From positions 3,646,161 to 3,710,160 of the forward strand of contig MU054323.1 in NCBI GenBank assembly GCA_013239625.1: 64,000 bases of DNA, read 5' to 3'. The notes beneath the pieces are model-generated. The model was not told where the DNA came from. It made no database searches and saw only the letters and a program-made list of their open reading frames with translations. Source of the DNA: Lama guanicoe. Lineage: Eukaryota. Within the stretch, counting starts at the first letter, position 1. Each line of letters starts with the position of its first letter. Shown here one piece after another: positions 37,491-49,270 of this stretch. A program made the position numbers and the translations under genes.

Positions 37491-38266
37491 AAAAATAGAT
37501 ACATTTATGTGCTATAAAACCAGCAGTTTTCTTATTTGTATTTATATGTTACACAAACAGCAGTTTTGAGTTCACAGTAAAATTGAACAGAAAATGCCAA
37601 GCCCCGTTTACCTGCTGTCCTCACTCCCAGCCTCCCCCATGGTCAACATCCCCCACCAGAAGCTACATTTGTTATAACTGATGAGCCTACATTTAGGTAT
37701 CATTATTATCCAAAGTCTATGGTTTACATTAGGGTTCACTCTTGATGTTGTCCATTCTACGGGTTTGGATAAATGCATAATGACATGTATCCACCACTAC
37801 AGTATCACCCACAGTATTTTTACTGTCCTAAACATCCTCTCTGCTCTACTTACTCATCTCCCCTTCCTCCTAACCTCCAGCAACCACTGATCCTTCCACC
37901 ATCTCTATAGTGTTGCCTTTTCTAGAACGTCATAAATTTGGAATCATAGAGCATGCAGCCTTTTCAGGCTGGCTTCCTTCATTTAGTGCTATGCATTTAC
38001 ATGCATATTATGTTTTTTTGTGGCTTAATAGCTCATTTCTTTTAGTGCTGAATAATATTCTATTGTCTGGATGTACCACGATTTATTTATCCTTTCACAC
38101 ACTGAAGGACATCTTGGTTGCTTCCAAGTTTTGGAAATTATGAATAAAACTGCTATAAACACCTGTGTGCAGGCTTGTGTGTGGACATAACTTTTCAGCT
38201 CATTTGGGTAAATAGTAAGGGGCACGACTACTGAATCAAATGGTGAAGAGTATATTTACTTTTGTT
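37491..38266 (-). mobile_element. L1M 3' fragment with target-site duplication
   Basis: ORF 38025-38225 (FIAVLFIISKTWKQPRCPS...EYYSALK) is ORF2p C-terminus-like; flanked by ctgtggttccttttttt at 37474 and 38267. Confidence 0.85.
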
Positions 38267-38280
38267 CTGTGGTTCCTTTT

Positions 38281-38745
38281 TTTTAAACAGCTTTATTTAG
38301 GCATAATTTACATAGGATTAAAATTTCCCCATTTTAAGCATACAGTCAATGAGCTTTGTTTATAGCAGTGCTCCAATTTTAGAATATTTCTGTCACTTCA
38401 GAAAGTTTCCTCATGTCGCCTTAGAGCCAGTCTTCCCGTCCCCCCACCCTACCCTGGCCCCTGGCAACTGCGGATCTGCTACAGTTTTGCCTCTTCTAGA
38501 ATTTCATGTGAATGGAATCATACAGTGTGTAGCTGCCACGTTTTGAGCTCCATCTGTGTTACTGTCTACACGAGCAGTCCCCTCTCTGCTGCTGAGGAGT
38601 CCTGCACGGCATGGACGTACCTGCTGGTCTATCTGTTGACTAGTTGATGGTTATTTGGGTAGTTTCCTTTGGTTCGGGGTGGGGACTGTTATGAATGGCC
38701 CTGCTATGAACATTTGTGTATGAGTCTTTGTGGGCGTGGCTTCTT
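38281..38745 (-). mobile_element. L1M 3' fragment
   Basis: aacagctttattta.gcataatttacata...aatggaatcatacag...gctatgaacatttgtgta. Confidence 0.75.
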
Positions 38746-39519
38746 TTCAAAGGGCAATGCTGGGAGTACCCCACCCCACCCTGCCGCACTCCAGCCCAGA
38801 GGGAACAGGAGACCACAGGGAAGTTGGAGGAGGCCCAAGGCGAAAAGAGGAAGTGGCATCGGAGCTGAGGCACCTCACACCCTCATCATGGTCCAGTCAG
38901 GCCACAGGGCTGCCAGAAAACTCTCCTGGACCTTCTCTTCCCAGCCCTGTCCAGCTACTTGCTCTGCACAGAAGGTCAGGGGCCTGGAGAGGGAAGTGCG
39001 GTGCTTATTCCTTGTCTGCATGGTGCTGGGAGACCTGCACTAGGGCTGGAGGGAGGGGGTGCTGGGATGGGCTCCCTGGGGCCACAGCCCCGCTGGTGTT
39101 ATTCAGAATCTTCATCAGAAGGGCGTCTTTTTCCGCAGCTCGTTTCCTGCACGTTCCATGGACCCTCCCTCCTATAGCCTCCACTGCTCATCCAGATCTA
39201 GAACCTGGCCCCATCCCAGAGCTCTCGGACACCAGGCCCCCTACTGCCAGGGCCCCTCTGGGGGTCTCAGGTGTTTCACTTGTGCTGCTCGCATCCCCAC
39301 CCCATGAGGCAGCAGAAGCAGGCTGTGTCCGCCTCCCAGCAGACGGGTACACTGAGGCTCAGAGAAGCCAAGTGGCTAGTGTAGAATAACACGGCTTCTC
39401 CTCTCTCTTACACCTACCCTCATACACAAGCCCCGTGGGCGTCCCTTTCTGTCTGAAGCGAGGGAGCACTCAAATTCTAGAATTCCTTGTTGCACAATAA
39501 ACAACCAACAACTCAACAG

Positions 39520-39740
39520 AATTCTGATTATTCACATATACTGTATACTGTGTGCTAGATACTGATCAAAGAACTTGACAAATACTAATTTTCTCTCTAT
39601 AACTATCTTAATGAGGCAGGTAAAATGATTATCCCCATTTCCTAGGTGAGGAAACTGAGGCACAGAGAGAGTAAGTGACCCAGGGCCACACAGCTAGGAG
39701 GCTGGAGAGCCAGGGGTTGGCCCACACTTCCAGCCACTGC
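39520..39740 (-). mobile_element. MIR SINE
   Basis: attatccccatttcctaggtgaggaaactgaggcacagagagagtaagtgacc. Confidence 0.75.
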
Positions 39741-39789
39741 ACTCTGCCACCCAGGGACTTTATTTGTTTCATTTTCTGTCATAAATTTT

Positions 39790-40430
39790 CTTAACAGTTT
39801 TACTGAGGTAGAATTTAATGGTATAATTTAAAATAGACCCACTTAAAGTATACAATTAAATGATTTCAGTAAATTTACAGAATTGTGCAACCATTGCAAC
39901 AAACCCATTTTGAAAATTTCCCCATCTTCTCCCCACTCCCTAAAAGATGCTTTGTGTCCATTTGCCATGGTTTCAACCCCCAATCCGAGGCAATTACTAA
40001 TCTACTTTCTGTCTCTGCAGATTTGCCTTCTGGAAATTTCGTATAAATAGAATCATACAATCTGTGGTCTTTTGAATCTGGCTTATTTTACTTGGTGTAA
40101 GAATGAACAGTTTTTTTGAGGTTGATCCATGCTGTAGCATGAGTCAGCACTTTATTCCTTTTTATTGCTGAATAATATTCCATTGTGTGGTTATCCCACA
40201 CTTAATCTGTTCACTAGCTGGTGGACTTTGTGGCTACTTCCACTTTGCTGGCCATGGCAACTCAACTGCTGTGAGCATTCGTGTATAAGTCTTTGTGTGG
40301 ACACATTTCCCTTTCTCTTTGGGTATATCTTAGGAGTGGAAATGTTAGTTGTATTGTAAACTGATGTTCAACTTTTTTAAAAAACTGCCACACTTTTCCC
40401 CCAAAGCACCACAGCATTCTCCATTTCCGT
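39790..40430 (-). mobile_element. L1M 3' fragment
   Basis: aatagaatcatacaat...ttattgctgaataatattccattgtgtgg...aaactgccacactttt. Confidence 0.8.
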
Positions 40431-41048
40431 GCCCATGGATTCTGTAGTCTGCAAGGCCAGGGCTCCAAACCCAGGGCCACCCATGTAACCAGACTGAGCC
40501 TAATTAGAGCCCTAGACTGTCTGGGCAGTACAAGGAGGCCCTCAGATCAGCATTGGGTCAAGCTGAGCCTCTCCACTGCTCCTGATGGTTCGAGAAGCAG
40601 GTGGATGAGAATTCAGCTGTCCTACTTTCTAATCTCAAAAAAATTGCCCTCAGGGACCAAGATCACTTCTTAGGGAGAAATGAGTAAAGTGGCTATTAAA
40701 CCAAAAGGAAAAACAGAAACATATGTTGAGAAGCCAAGAGCACTCTCGCCAAAGGAACCAACTTGAGAAAGCAGAGGCAAAGGGATACCCCCTCAGGCGC
40801 CCCGGAGCTGGCCGGCAGCTCACACACTTTGGAAGCCGTTCCCACTCCCAGCTTTGTCAAGCCTTTTCCAACTTCCTCAGAGGCCCAGAGAGAGGGTGAT
40901 GGGGTGCCGGGGGAGGGCAGATGCCTGGGAAAGCCATCAGGCTGTTCCTGAGCCAGGGCTCTGAGCAGGAGGCGCTGCGGGTCCCTGGGAAAGGGGGAAG
41001 GCCTTCTCAAGAGTGGTGCAAACCTCTAGAAAGGCAGTGACAGCCTAC

Positions 41049-41193
41049 TGCCAGCCAGGCCAGCTCTGAGTTCTGCTGAATCTGCATTTAGGGGTACATA
41101 TTGCTCTAAAGAGTCTAAAGATCGGAAGTGAAGAGCTTTCAACATTTCTGGTGGCAGCTGCAAATGAGCCCAGGGAAGTCTCTTCACTTGGCA
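41049..41193 (-). pseudogene. Putative fossil exon
   Basis: Acceptor ttcccttaccctgcag|; stop-free CQVKRLPWAHLQLPPEMLKALHFRSLDSLEQYVPLNADSAELRAGLAG; donor |gtaggc; 145 nt, phase 0 to 1, matching the phase-1 acceptor at 40668. Confidence 0.45.
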
Positions 41194-41426
41194 CTGCAGG
41201 GTAAGGGAACGTCACACAGCAGAGCTGGACTGGAATCTAGATCCTTCCAGGACCATGGAGCCTGACCCTTTGGTCACCTACCCTCAACCGTGAGGCCTCA
41301 GGGAACGGTTTCGAGTGATTAGAATTTGCACTGAATGGCACCATTCAAAACTTGACACTGAAAGGTCAGCCAATCAAAGGGGCTCCGAGTGTTAACCACA
41401 CCTGTTCTGGGTGGCCATCCACCCAC

Positions 41427-41588
41427 ACGAAGACCCAGCAGCACTGGGAGGTGCCTGCTGTCCAGCCAGGGCCACCACCCAGGGGACGTGTCGGTAGCTC
41501 TGCTGCCCTTCTCTTGTCCGCAGGGTGTGCTCAGCTGGACACTTGGCGAGCTGGAGAGCTGAGTGTGGCTTTCCGCATCAGGTCTCCC
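41427..41588 (-). pseudogene. Putative fossil exon
   Basis: Acceptor tttgttttgtctccag|; open frame GRPDAESHTQLSSSPSVQLSTPCGQEKGSRATDTSPGWWPWLDSRHLPVLLGLR; possible donor |gtgggt; 162 nt, phase 0 to 0. Confidence 0.35.
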
Positions 41589-41832
41589 CTGGAGACAAAA
41601 CAAAGTCTAACACCAGGTGTTCAATCACCGCCTGAAGTGTATCAACCACAGCAAGCCACAGGGCCCTGTAAAGCACCTGGACTTCTGCTGTCTCACCTGC
41701 GTTTGGGGTGAGGGCTCGAGCCTCAGGGCAGCCCACAGAGCACACAGAGGGAGCCGAGTTCCAGACTCCTGGTAACGACGTGGTCACTGGACACCAGAGC
41801 GTGGAAGGGTGGGTGCCCTAAGCTGAGCTCAC

Positions 41833-41899
41833 CTCCTGGCCCGGCCGGGACAGGCACTAAAATGGGGACTTTCCAGGACTCGCCAGAGTTCCCAGCTTC
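41833..41899 (-). pseudogene. Putative fossil exon of an unidentified decayed gene
   Basis: Acceptor cctgtctcccattgttcctctcag|, donor GAG|gtgagc; 67 nt. The phase 2 to 0 reading is KLGTLASPGKSPF*CLSRPGQE. Confidence 0.35.
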
Positions 41900-42731
41900 C
41901 TGAGAGGAACAATGGGAGACAGGAGCAGGGCCCCCACGGCAGCCAGCACATCCTATCCACAGGGTTCACACAGCTTCAAAACAAACGCTGCCCCCGGTGA
42001 AACCTCACTTCCCTTCCCTGGTGTACTCTGCTGCAGGATTGTGGGCTGCATGATCCTTCTCAGAATGGCCCAACCGCTTGTCCTCAGGAGCCAAGACCCC
42101 CATCTGAGCTTAGCTGCAAGATCCAAAGCCAAGTGGCAGGGGAGGCCAGGGTTGGCTCACAGACGGTCCTGCACAGGGCTCCCTAGGACCCGTTTCTGGG
42201 TCTCCAGGGGGTGTCGGCCTGCAAAACTGTCTACTCGGAGCCTCTGGTTCCGGGCAGGAAGCAGCATCTCAGAACCTGACTCTGGCTGGGGAATGGAGGC
42301 CAGGACAGGTTCGTATCTGGATGAGCAGGCTTATTAGGCAGGGCTGTCTGACATCGCAGCGGAAAGGACTTCAGGGCCAGCCCAGGCCGAGACCAGTCCC
42401 CACCCTGAGAAGATGGAAGTGAGGTCTGGAGAAGGGAAAGTTCCTCCTTCCAAGCAAGTCCTGGCTGAGCAGTTACTGACTGCTCAATGACCCCATCAGC
42501 CCTGGGCCTCTGGTCCCTCTGCCTCGGCTCACATGGCAGAATTCTCCCTCTGCCCTCGCCCCACCCTATCCAGCAGCAGCCTGGGATGTCTTGGCAGATC
42601 CCGGGTCCTTCAAGGGCAGCTCTTCCCTACTGAGTCCACTATCATAAAGCCAGTCCCCTGCATTGGCCCCTCAGCCCAGGCACAGAAAAGATGGCCACTA
42701 ACAAATACTGGAACGACTCACTGACACGGAC

Positions 42732-42737
42732 TTTATT
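42732..42737 (-). terminator. Candidate poly(A) signal AATAAA for HS1BP3
   Basis: tttatt on the plus strand, ~2 kb past the HS1BP3 stop. It is the first canonical hexamer I noticed downstream. Confidence 0.4.
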
Positions 42738-44774
42738 GGATGACTGGGCGCCATGCATTGGCTGGTAGGACACAGACCTGTGGTGGAAGGTGAGCCAAAG
42801 AGCATCACCATCTGGAGAAGCTCATATCTCTGCTGAGGTGTCTGAGTGCCAGGCCACCAGGGAGGAGGATGAATCCACACCAGAGTGGTGGGTTCCATCC
42901 GTGACCCCCGCGAGAGGACTGGTTCCCCACAGGCACCAGCCGGCTGTGCCCTCTGCTCCTGTGCCACACGTTGGTGGGAGGAGGTGCGGGGTGGGAGCCA
43001 GGGAGGCAGGAGCCCAGAGGAGAGAACAGGGAGGCAGCACATCACCTCACCATTGGCTCCTTTCTTCGGAGGCCTTCCTGCAGTCAGCAAGGTAGGGAAC
43101 CCAGGGCCAGGTGGGGGAGTCTACCTGTGCTGGGGGTGGGGGCGTGTGTGTGAAGGCCTGGCAGTGAAAGAGAAGACGGGCCGAGACTATCCCAGAGCCA
43201 GTGCAGGGCCCTGGGGAGGGGGCCCTCGGAGCCCAGGTAAGGCAGAGCTGGAGCACGAATCGGGCTCTCAGCCCCCCGTGCCGCCTATCTTCTCCCACAC
43301 TGGCCCAGGTGGAGGGGAGGGGGATGGCCTTTTGGGACTGGACAGCTGACAAGGGTGCATGAGACGCAGGACAGATCAGACCGAGTGCTCCCACCTGCCC
43401 TGCAGGTCCTGGCATAGGGCAGCACGGTGCCAGAGCCTGATGACAGCAAACACCCGGCCCCGGGCAGGGCGCTCTTTCGGGGTTGGCTGCTGACCCTGAT
43501 GAGGAAGGGCCTGGGATCCTAGTCCCAAGCCCCCCTTCCAATCCTCTGTCAAGCAGCACAACCCAAGGGACAACAGGGGTTGCATTTCATTAAAAACTTG
43601 TGTTTCATTAAAAACTAGTTCTGATCATGAAGAATATACGTGTGTGTGTATGTATATATATATAAAGGCATTCTTTGCTCCATTAAACATCATTCATTGA
43701 CTGAGAATTTCCTGAGTGCTGCACGGTGCCCAGACCCATATACTGGGGCGCTGGGGGCCCAGGAGAAGTCTAAGGCACTGGCCCTGCCCAGCACAGGGCT
43801 CCTTCTCCCTGGAAAGAAGCTCCCACTGGCTCCCACTCGTGGAAGGCCAGCGAGAAAGTCCAGAGGACAGACAAGGTCTGGCAGCAACCGCCAATGGACA
43901 GACGGGGCCCTTGAAGCAGCAGCCGGACAGCATCCAGCCTAGGCCTGCCATGAGGAGGAGGCACACCCCAGCTGCAGGTGTCCCTGGAGGATGCTGGGAC
44001 CACTCTGCTCAGAGCTGCAGTGGGGATGCTGGCCCTATGGTCAGAGGCCTAAGGAGGCCACAGTGTGGCCAGGCCTTTCCTGGGAAAAGAGGAGGGAGGA
44101 AGACCTGGGACCTGTCAGGCCATTCACACCCCAGAGAGCAGGCTGGGCCTGATTTCCTCGAGCTTGGACACATGGGAAGGCACCCTGCTTAGCGCCTGGT
44201 AACCAGAGATAGCTTAGGGTCACCTTACCCAGCCAGGCTCTTCTAGGCACCCTCGGGACCCTCCCAGGGCCTACGGACCCCAGAAGCCATGCTGACCAAA
44301 GATTCCAGAGTGGCTTGGTATAGGGACCCCCCAACCCCCCACAAGTTGGCCAGGCCCTCCCTCCTATGTTGGGGCTGGCAGAGCTGGTGGGCACCAGTGG
44401 GCACAAAGTTTCCCTGCCCCGAGTGGAGCCTCCCTGGGCTCCCCCTCTCCCCGGCTCTCAACATCCTGGGGGCAAGCTCCTGGTTAGCAAGGCATCCCCA
44501 CATGCTCTCCCCTCCACATCCACGTGGCTGAGACAGTTTAGGCTCTGATTCCTATGGTGACCTCGTTCTCTGCATCTTGCAGGGTTCCATGACCCCACAG
44601 GCCTGAGAAAAAGGGAAAAGGCAGTACAGGGGACCTAAGACCCTGGCTTCCACCCTCTCTCCCTTGGGAATACAGGTTCCAGCCCTTACAGGGTAAAGCC
44701 TGCACCTCACCCCAAGCCCCTCCACGGGAGAGGGCCTGCTGGCTCAGGAACAGCATGGGGGGGTGAGGGGGCAG

Positions 44775-45045
44775 TCAGAAGAGGCTGGGGGTGGCTTGGC
44801 CAGGCGCGTCGTGGTCCCGGATGTACTGTAAGATGTCCATCTCGTCCATGGCTTGGATCTGCTGCTGCTGCTTCCGCTGCCCGGCCACAGCCTCAGATGG
44901 GCTTGCTGTGGGGGGAACAGCTGGCTTTCTGGGCAGCACTGGCTTAGCTGCCACTGGAGGCTTGGGCTTGGGCCTGGGCCTGGGCTGAGGCTGGAGTCTG
45001 GGCTCAGCTCCCAGGTTGAGAATCTGGTCCAAGTCCTCTTCGACT
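44775..45045 (-). CDS. HS1BP3: HS1BP3 last coding exon (proline-rich C-terminus)
   Basis: VEEDLDQILNLGAEPRLQPQPRPRPKPKPPVAAKPVLPRKPAVPPTASPSEAVAGQRKQQQQIQAMDEMDILQYIRDHDAPGQATPSLF*. Acceptor ttctctag| at 45046-47; TGA at 44775-77; 271 nt from phase 2. Confidence 0.96.
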
Positions 45046-45299
45046 CTAGAGAACCAGAGAGAGAAGCTCTGAGCACAACCTCCTGCAAAAGGAACAAGGG
45101 TCCCCGGCCATGAAAGGCACCCCCCCACAACAGGGCACTGGGCCCAGCTTCCCATCTCATCCCCGGGGAGGAACTGAAGGGTAAGCCTCTCCTTCCCTGC
45201 AGCCCCAGGGCCCAGCACGAGCAGAGCCGGCCCCTCAGGAGCCTCTGCACTCCTAGACAAGCTGTCTTCTTCAGGTGACTTTTCTTTTAACCCCTCAAG

Positions 45300-45525
45300 A
45301 AATAACAGTAACAGCCGCCACATACAGAGCACCTGCTCCATGCCAAGCACTTTAGACCCATTATCTTGTTTTATCCACCAACAACCCTTGGTGGGGTACA
45401 GCCCAATCTCTACCCCACAGACATACACATTCAAGTCCTAAGAGGCCAAGCCACCTGCCTGAAGTGACAGCATGTCACCAGGATGACAGGATGTCTGACT
45501 TCAGAAGCTAAGCTCTCATCCAGAC
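45300..45525 (-). mobile_element. MIR SINE (HS1BP3 last intron)
   Basis: gagcacctgctccatgccaagcactt...cacaacaacc...tgtctgacttcagaagc. Confidence 0.55.
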
Positions 45526-45904
45526 CATATTCAGCCAGAGAAAGAATAAACGAGGGGCTCCGAGCTGTTGTGGGGTGGGGTCTGCCTGCCCCCAGTGTCC
45601 CCTGGTGGGCCACATGGGCGCTAGACAGAGCACACCGGGGGCTGCACTGAGCCCCAGCCAGCGCCCATCAGGACTGCACCACACCCTGGACCTAATGTTC
45701 CTTCAGCAGGTGGGACTGAGGGCTGCAGCAGGGTGATGGTCACACAGAACCAGCCCCAGGTACTGAATAGCAGGAAAGAAAGGCAGGCCACAGCCCTGCT
45801 CTGCCCTCTGCCTGAGGGACCTCCTGCAGCAGGGACTCAGTTCCTGGAGACCAGATGCACAACAGAAGATCCATTCAACCCATCCCACCACCTGCCCATC
45901 CAAT

Positions 45905-46110
45905 CAACGTTGTGCTGAGTACCTACCATGGCCAGGCATTTCCACATTCATTAGCTCATTTAATAATCATAAAACACTGTTTGGTAGTAGATATTAGTCA
46001 CATTTACAGATATGAAAACTGGGGCACAGAAAGATGAAGGGCCTGGCCCAGGGCCCACAGCCAGCAGGTGGAGGAGCAAGGCTCCGAGTGTGGCTGGGTC
46101 ACCAGGTGTG
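45905..46110 (-). mobile_element. MIR SINE
   Basis: tgagtacctaccatggccaggca...atttacagatatgaaaactggggcacaga. Confidence 0.65.
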
Positions 46111-49084
46111 TTTGCCTTCCTGGGGCACCAATGCTCTGAAGCCCCTTTTCCAGCTTCAGGTCAGGGTTTCTCCAGGGTCCAGGGTCCCTCTTTCTAATCA
46201 GAGGCCACAGGCCCTCCAATCACACCTGGCAGGTGACTCTCCTGGGTCTGCTGCCTCTGGCAAAGGAGCGTCTCTTGGAGCCTCTCAAACACCTGCGTCC
46301 TCAGGGAATTCTCGCTGGGCCAGGCCTCAGGACACCTGCTGCTCTTTCTTCCTGTCCATTAGCAGAGGACAGTCACTCAGAGAAGACCCAAAGCAAGGAG
46401 GGCTGCAGAATATGTGGGCAGGGCCTTTCCCCTTCCTGGGTGTTGGTGTCCCCATCTGTGAAGGGCCCAATGAGGTCATTTCAGGAATGCTGCAGCCTCC
46501 AGAAGATGCTGAGAAAGAATGACCTATCAGTGCTTTTACCCCTTTCCCAAGCTGAGCGGCGTGCTTTCCTGGCCTAAGTGGGGGTCGGGAACGACACCCC
46601 AGACCATGTTCCCGGGGAAACAGCAGCCTCTTCCCTGTGCCCCTGCAGAAACTGCACTGGCCAGGCTGGTCTGCAGGAGACCCAGGACTGGAGGGAAGAT
46701 CTGATAACTGTATCCCGGGGGCTTTGGTAGAGTCACATGGAAAGTTCCCACTGAAATCCAAGGGCCAATTTTAGAACTCCTAAAGTGGGGTCCTGGGCCT
46801 TTTTCCCTAAACCCATGACCAGCAGAGATCCAGGCAGGCTGCTGGGCCAGGAGGCCCCATGTGTCTAAGGGAATGTTGACATGCTTCATTCAGCCACGCT
46901 GGGGACGAGGGAGGGAGGGCACAGGCCCTGGAGGCAGAAGACCCAGGGGGCCTCACTTGGCCTCTCCAAGCTTCGGTTTCCTCATCTGCCAACTGGCTAC
47001 AGCATCACCCTGCAGAGGTGCAACACCGTGCACTTAGAAGCACAGCACAGCAGGCAGAACGCAGTTCCGTTCCTCATCCTGCTCCTCCCTCAGTGGCCTC
47101 AGGCCACCCCACCTCCCTGTCCTCACCTCCCCATCTGTGAATGGGATCCAGCACAGACACTGGCAGGGCTGGGTAGAGGCAGGAGGAGAGGGGAGGCACC
47201 TTCAGTCAGAACAACTCCCGGCCCTACAGGGCCTGGCAGAGGCCTGCATGAAGATGGAGGTGCCCCATACCACCCTTTCTGACCCCAAGGGAAGAATTCA
47301 GAGCCTCCATGGATGGCAGAGAAGTGAGCAAAAGGTGTTTCTCCAGTCTAGACCCGGAGGGATCGGCCCAGCCAGGCCTTCACAGAGTAAGTTCCAGGCA
47401 GTCCCAAGAGGCATCACCCTGGGATGGGCTGCCCTTGGCAGCTCAGTTCAGATGGGTCCCAGCTCTCTTCAAGCAGCTGCCCTTCCTCAGGCTCCCCTGG
47501 GGCAGGTGCTGGCTCATCCTGCATCCTCCACTGGAGGCTGGATGCCCAGGAAAAGCTCAGAAGGACTGAATAATCCTCAAACAGGGGCCCTCAGGGAAAT
47601 AAAGTAGCAGCTAAAAGCTTGTGTCAGAGTTCAGGATTTATACTGCTTGGCAAAGCAGTGACTCTTTGGAACTAACCAGAAACTGGATTTGCTCTGAGGT
47701 GGGAGGTGGGGCAGTCCCTCTCAGGATGCAGCTGGCCACACAGCATCCCTTTCCAAACATCCTATTTCCATCAGGGTTCCCTGAGGTCATGGCTAAAAAC
47801 AGGTTCCACTGATGCAAGATCCAGTTCCCCTCTCTTTCAAGACCTGCGGTGTGAGATCAGCCACCAAGGGGCTGGATGGAGGTCTGAAGACCCCATTCCT
47901 ACTCCTCCTCCCCAGGTCCCTGCAGAGGACAGGACTTGGCTAAAGACCAAAACTGGGGTCCCAGAGCAAGAAGGAATGGGGGCTTCTCAGACTCCAAACC
48001 CTGCTCAAACGCCGCTCCACGCTGCCTCGGGATGGCTGATGCCAGTGATGGAACGAATGGGCGATGAAAGCATCAGTGGATGAATGAATATTAGAAAGTT
48101 TGTTATAAGGAAGCCTGATTCCTGCCTGGATAGTCACAGGACACACACAAAGGGAAATAAAATACGGTTCCTGCTCTCAAGAAGCAAATTTGCTCTTCAC
48201 CAGATGTCTGGTAGAGCGAACGCAGGGCCACAAGACTCCCAGAGTATTCTGTGGGATGTAGGGGGCTTTACAAAGGAGAGGGTCCCAGAGACCAACTGGA
48301 ACATGAAATGCTGCGTGGTGTCCCCCTCGAGCCACACGTGCCCACACACTAAAGGCTTGGAAAGCACTGGTATTGCCCTAGCCATCTGGCCACAGAAAAC
48401 CTTTGAACGTAACACTTTTGAACATCCACCCCGAATTGACAGAACATGGGTTGGAAAGGGTCAGCATAACAGATTGAGAATAAATGATGCCAGGAAGGTC
48501 CCCCTGGAGCTCCTCAGCGAGGACACACTGAGTCCTGGGGACACAGAGGCCCCCTGGGCAGCTCTCCAGGGATGACCCTACTACTCTGCCTCCCTGCGCC
48601 TCCGTGTCACTTCTAAACCCATGACAACAGCCCCAGCTTCTCCCAGGGAGTATTGTTGCCAGGCTGTCAGGGGTGAGGACGCAGGATGAGAGTGAACAGC
48701 TGCTGGGGGCCGTGGGGAGATGTAATGACAAGGAGCCATCGCTGTGATTCAGGCTTGGTGAGCGCTCACAGGGCCATCTCCTAGCCCGCGGCTGCTAATG
48801 AGGGTGCGGAAGACAGCCTCCTGGGACCACACGGCCCGGCGCCATGTAACTGTTCCTGTAAAGAGACAGCTCGGCGTCCTGTAAATCGCCCAGCACAGCC
48901 TGCATCCCCGGGGCACGGATGGGGTGATGGAGGGACTCACAGTGCCGCGCGTGCTGAGAAGGCAGTGGCACAAGCAGCAGCCTCGGGAGAGCCTGCTAGC
49001 CCTGGGGTGGGAGGCGAAGGCGATCTGCCAGCCTCTCCTCCTCCAGGCACTCGGCGTCCTGGAAGGGTGGGGAGGACGGGACAC

Positions 49085-49270
49085 AGGCAGGCTGACCTGG
49101 GCTCCAATCCTGTCACTTGGGAGCTGTGGCCTTGGGCCAGTCACCTCCCTCACTCTCCATTTTCTATGAAATGGACATAATAGCACCCATGGGGAGTAGA
49201 GTGGGGGCTGTTGTGAGGATTAAGTAAGGTAACGTGTAGAGAACCAGCAGACAGTTTGATGTGCAGCATG
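49085..49270 (+). mobile_element. MIR SINE
   Basis: agctgtggccttgggccagtcacc...aaatggacataatagcacc...gttgtgaggattaagtaag. Confidence 0.65.

Noticed and set aside
2954..41899. Fossil gene being SLC7A15 (arpAT), known from this chromosomal neighbourhood
   Set aside because: There are no transmembrane or SLC7-like peptides in any exon, and as I recall SLC7A15 lies on the other side of RHOB.
45046..45434. N-terminal part of ORF 44775-45434 as HS1BP3 coding sequence
   Set aside because: It is intronic: upstream of the AG acceptor at 45046-47 and partly MIR-derived.
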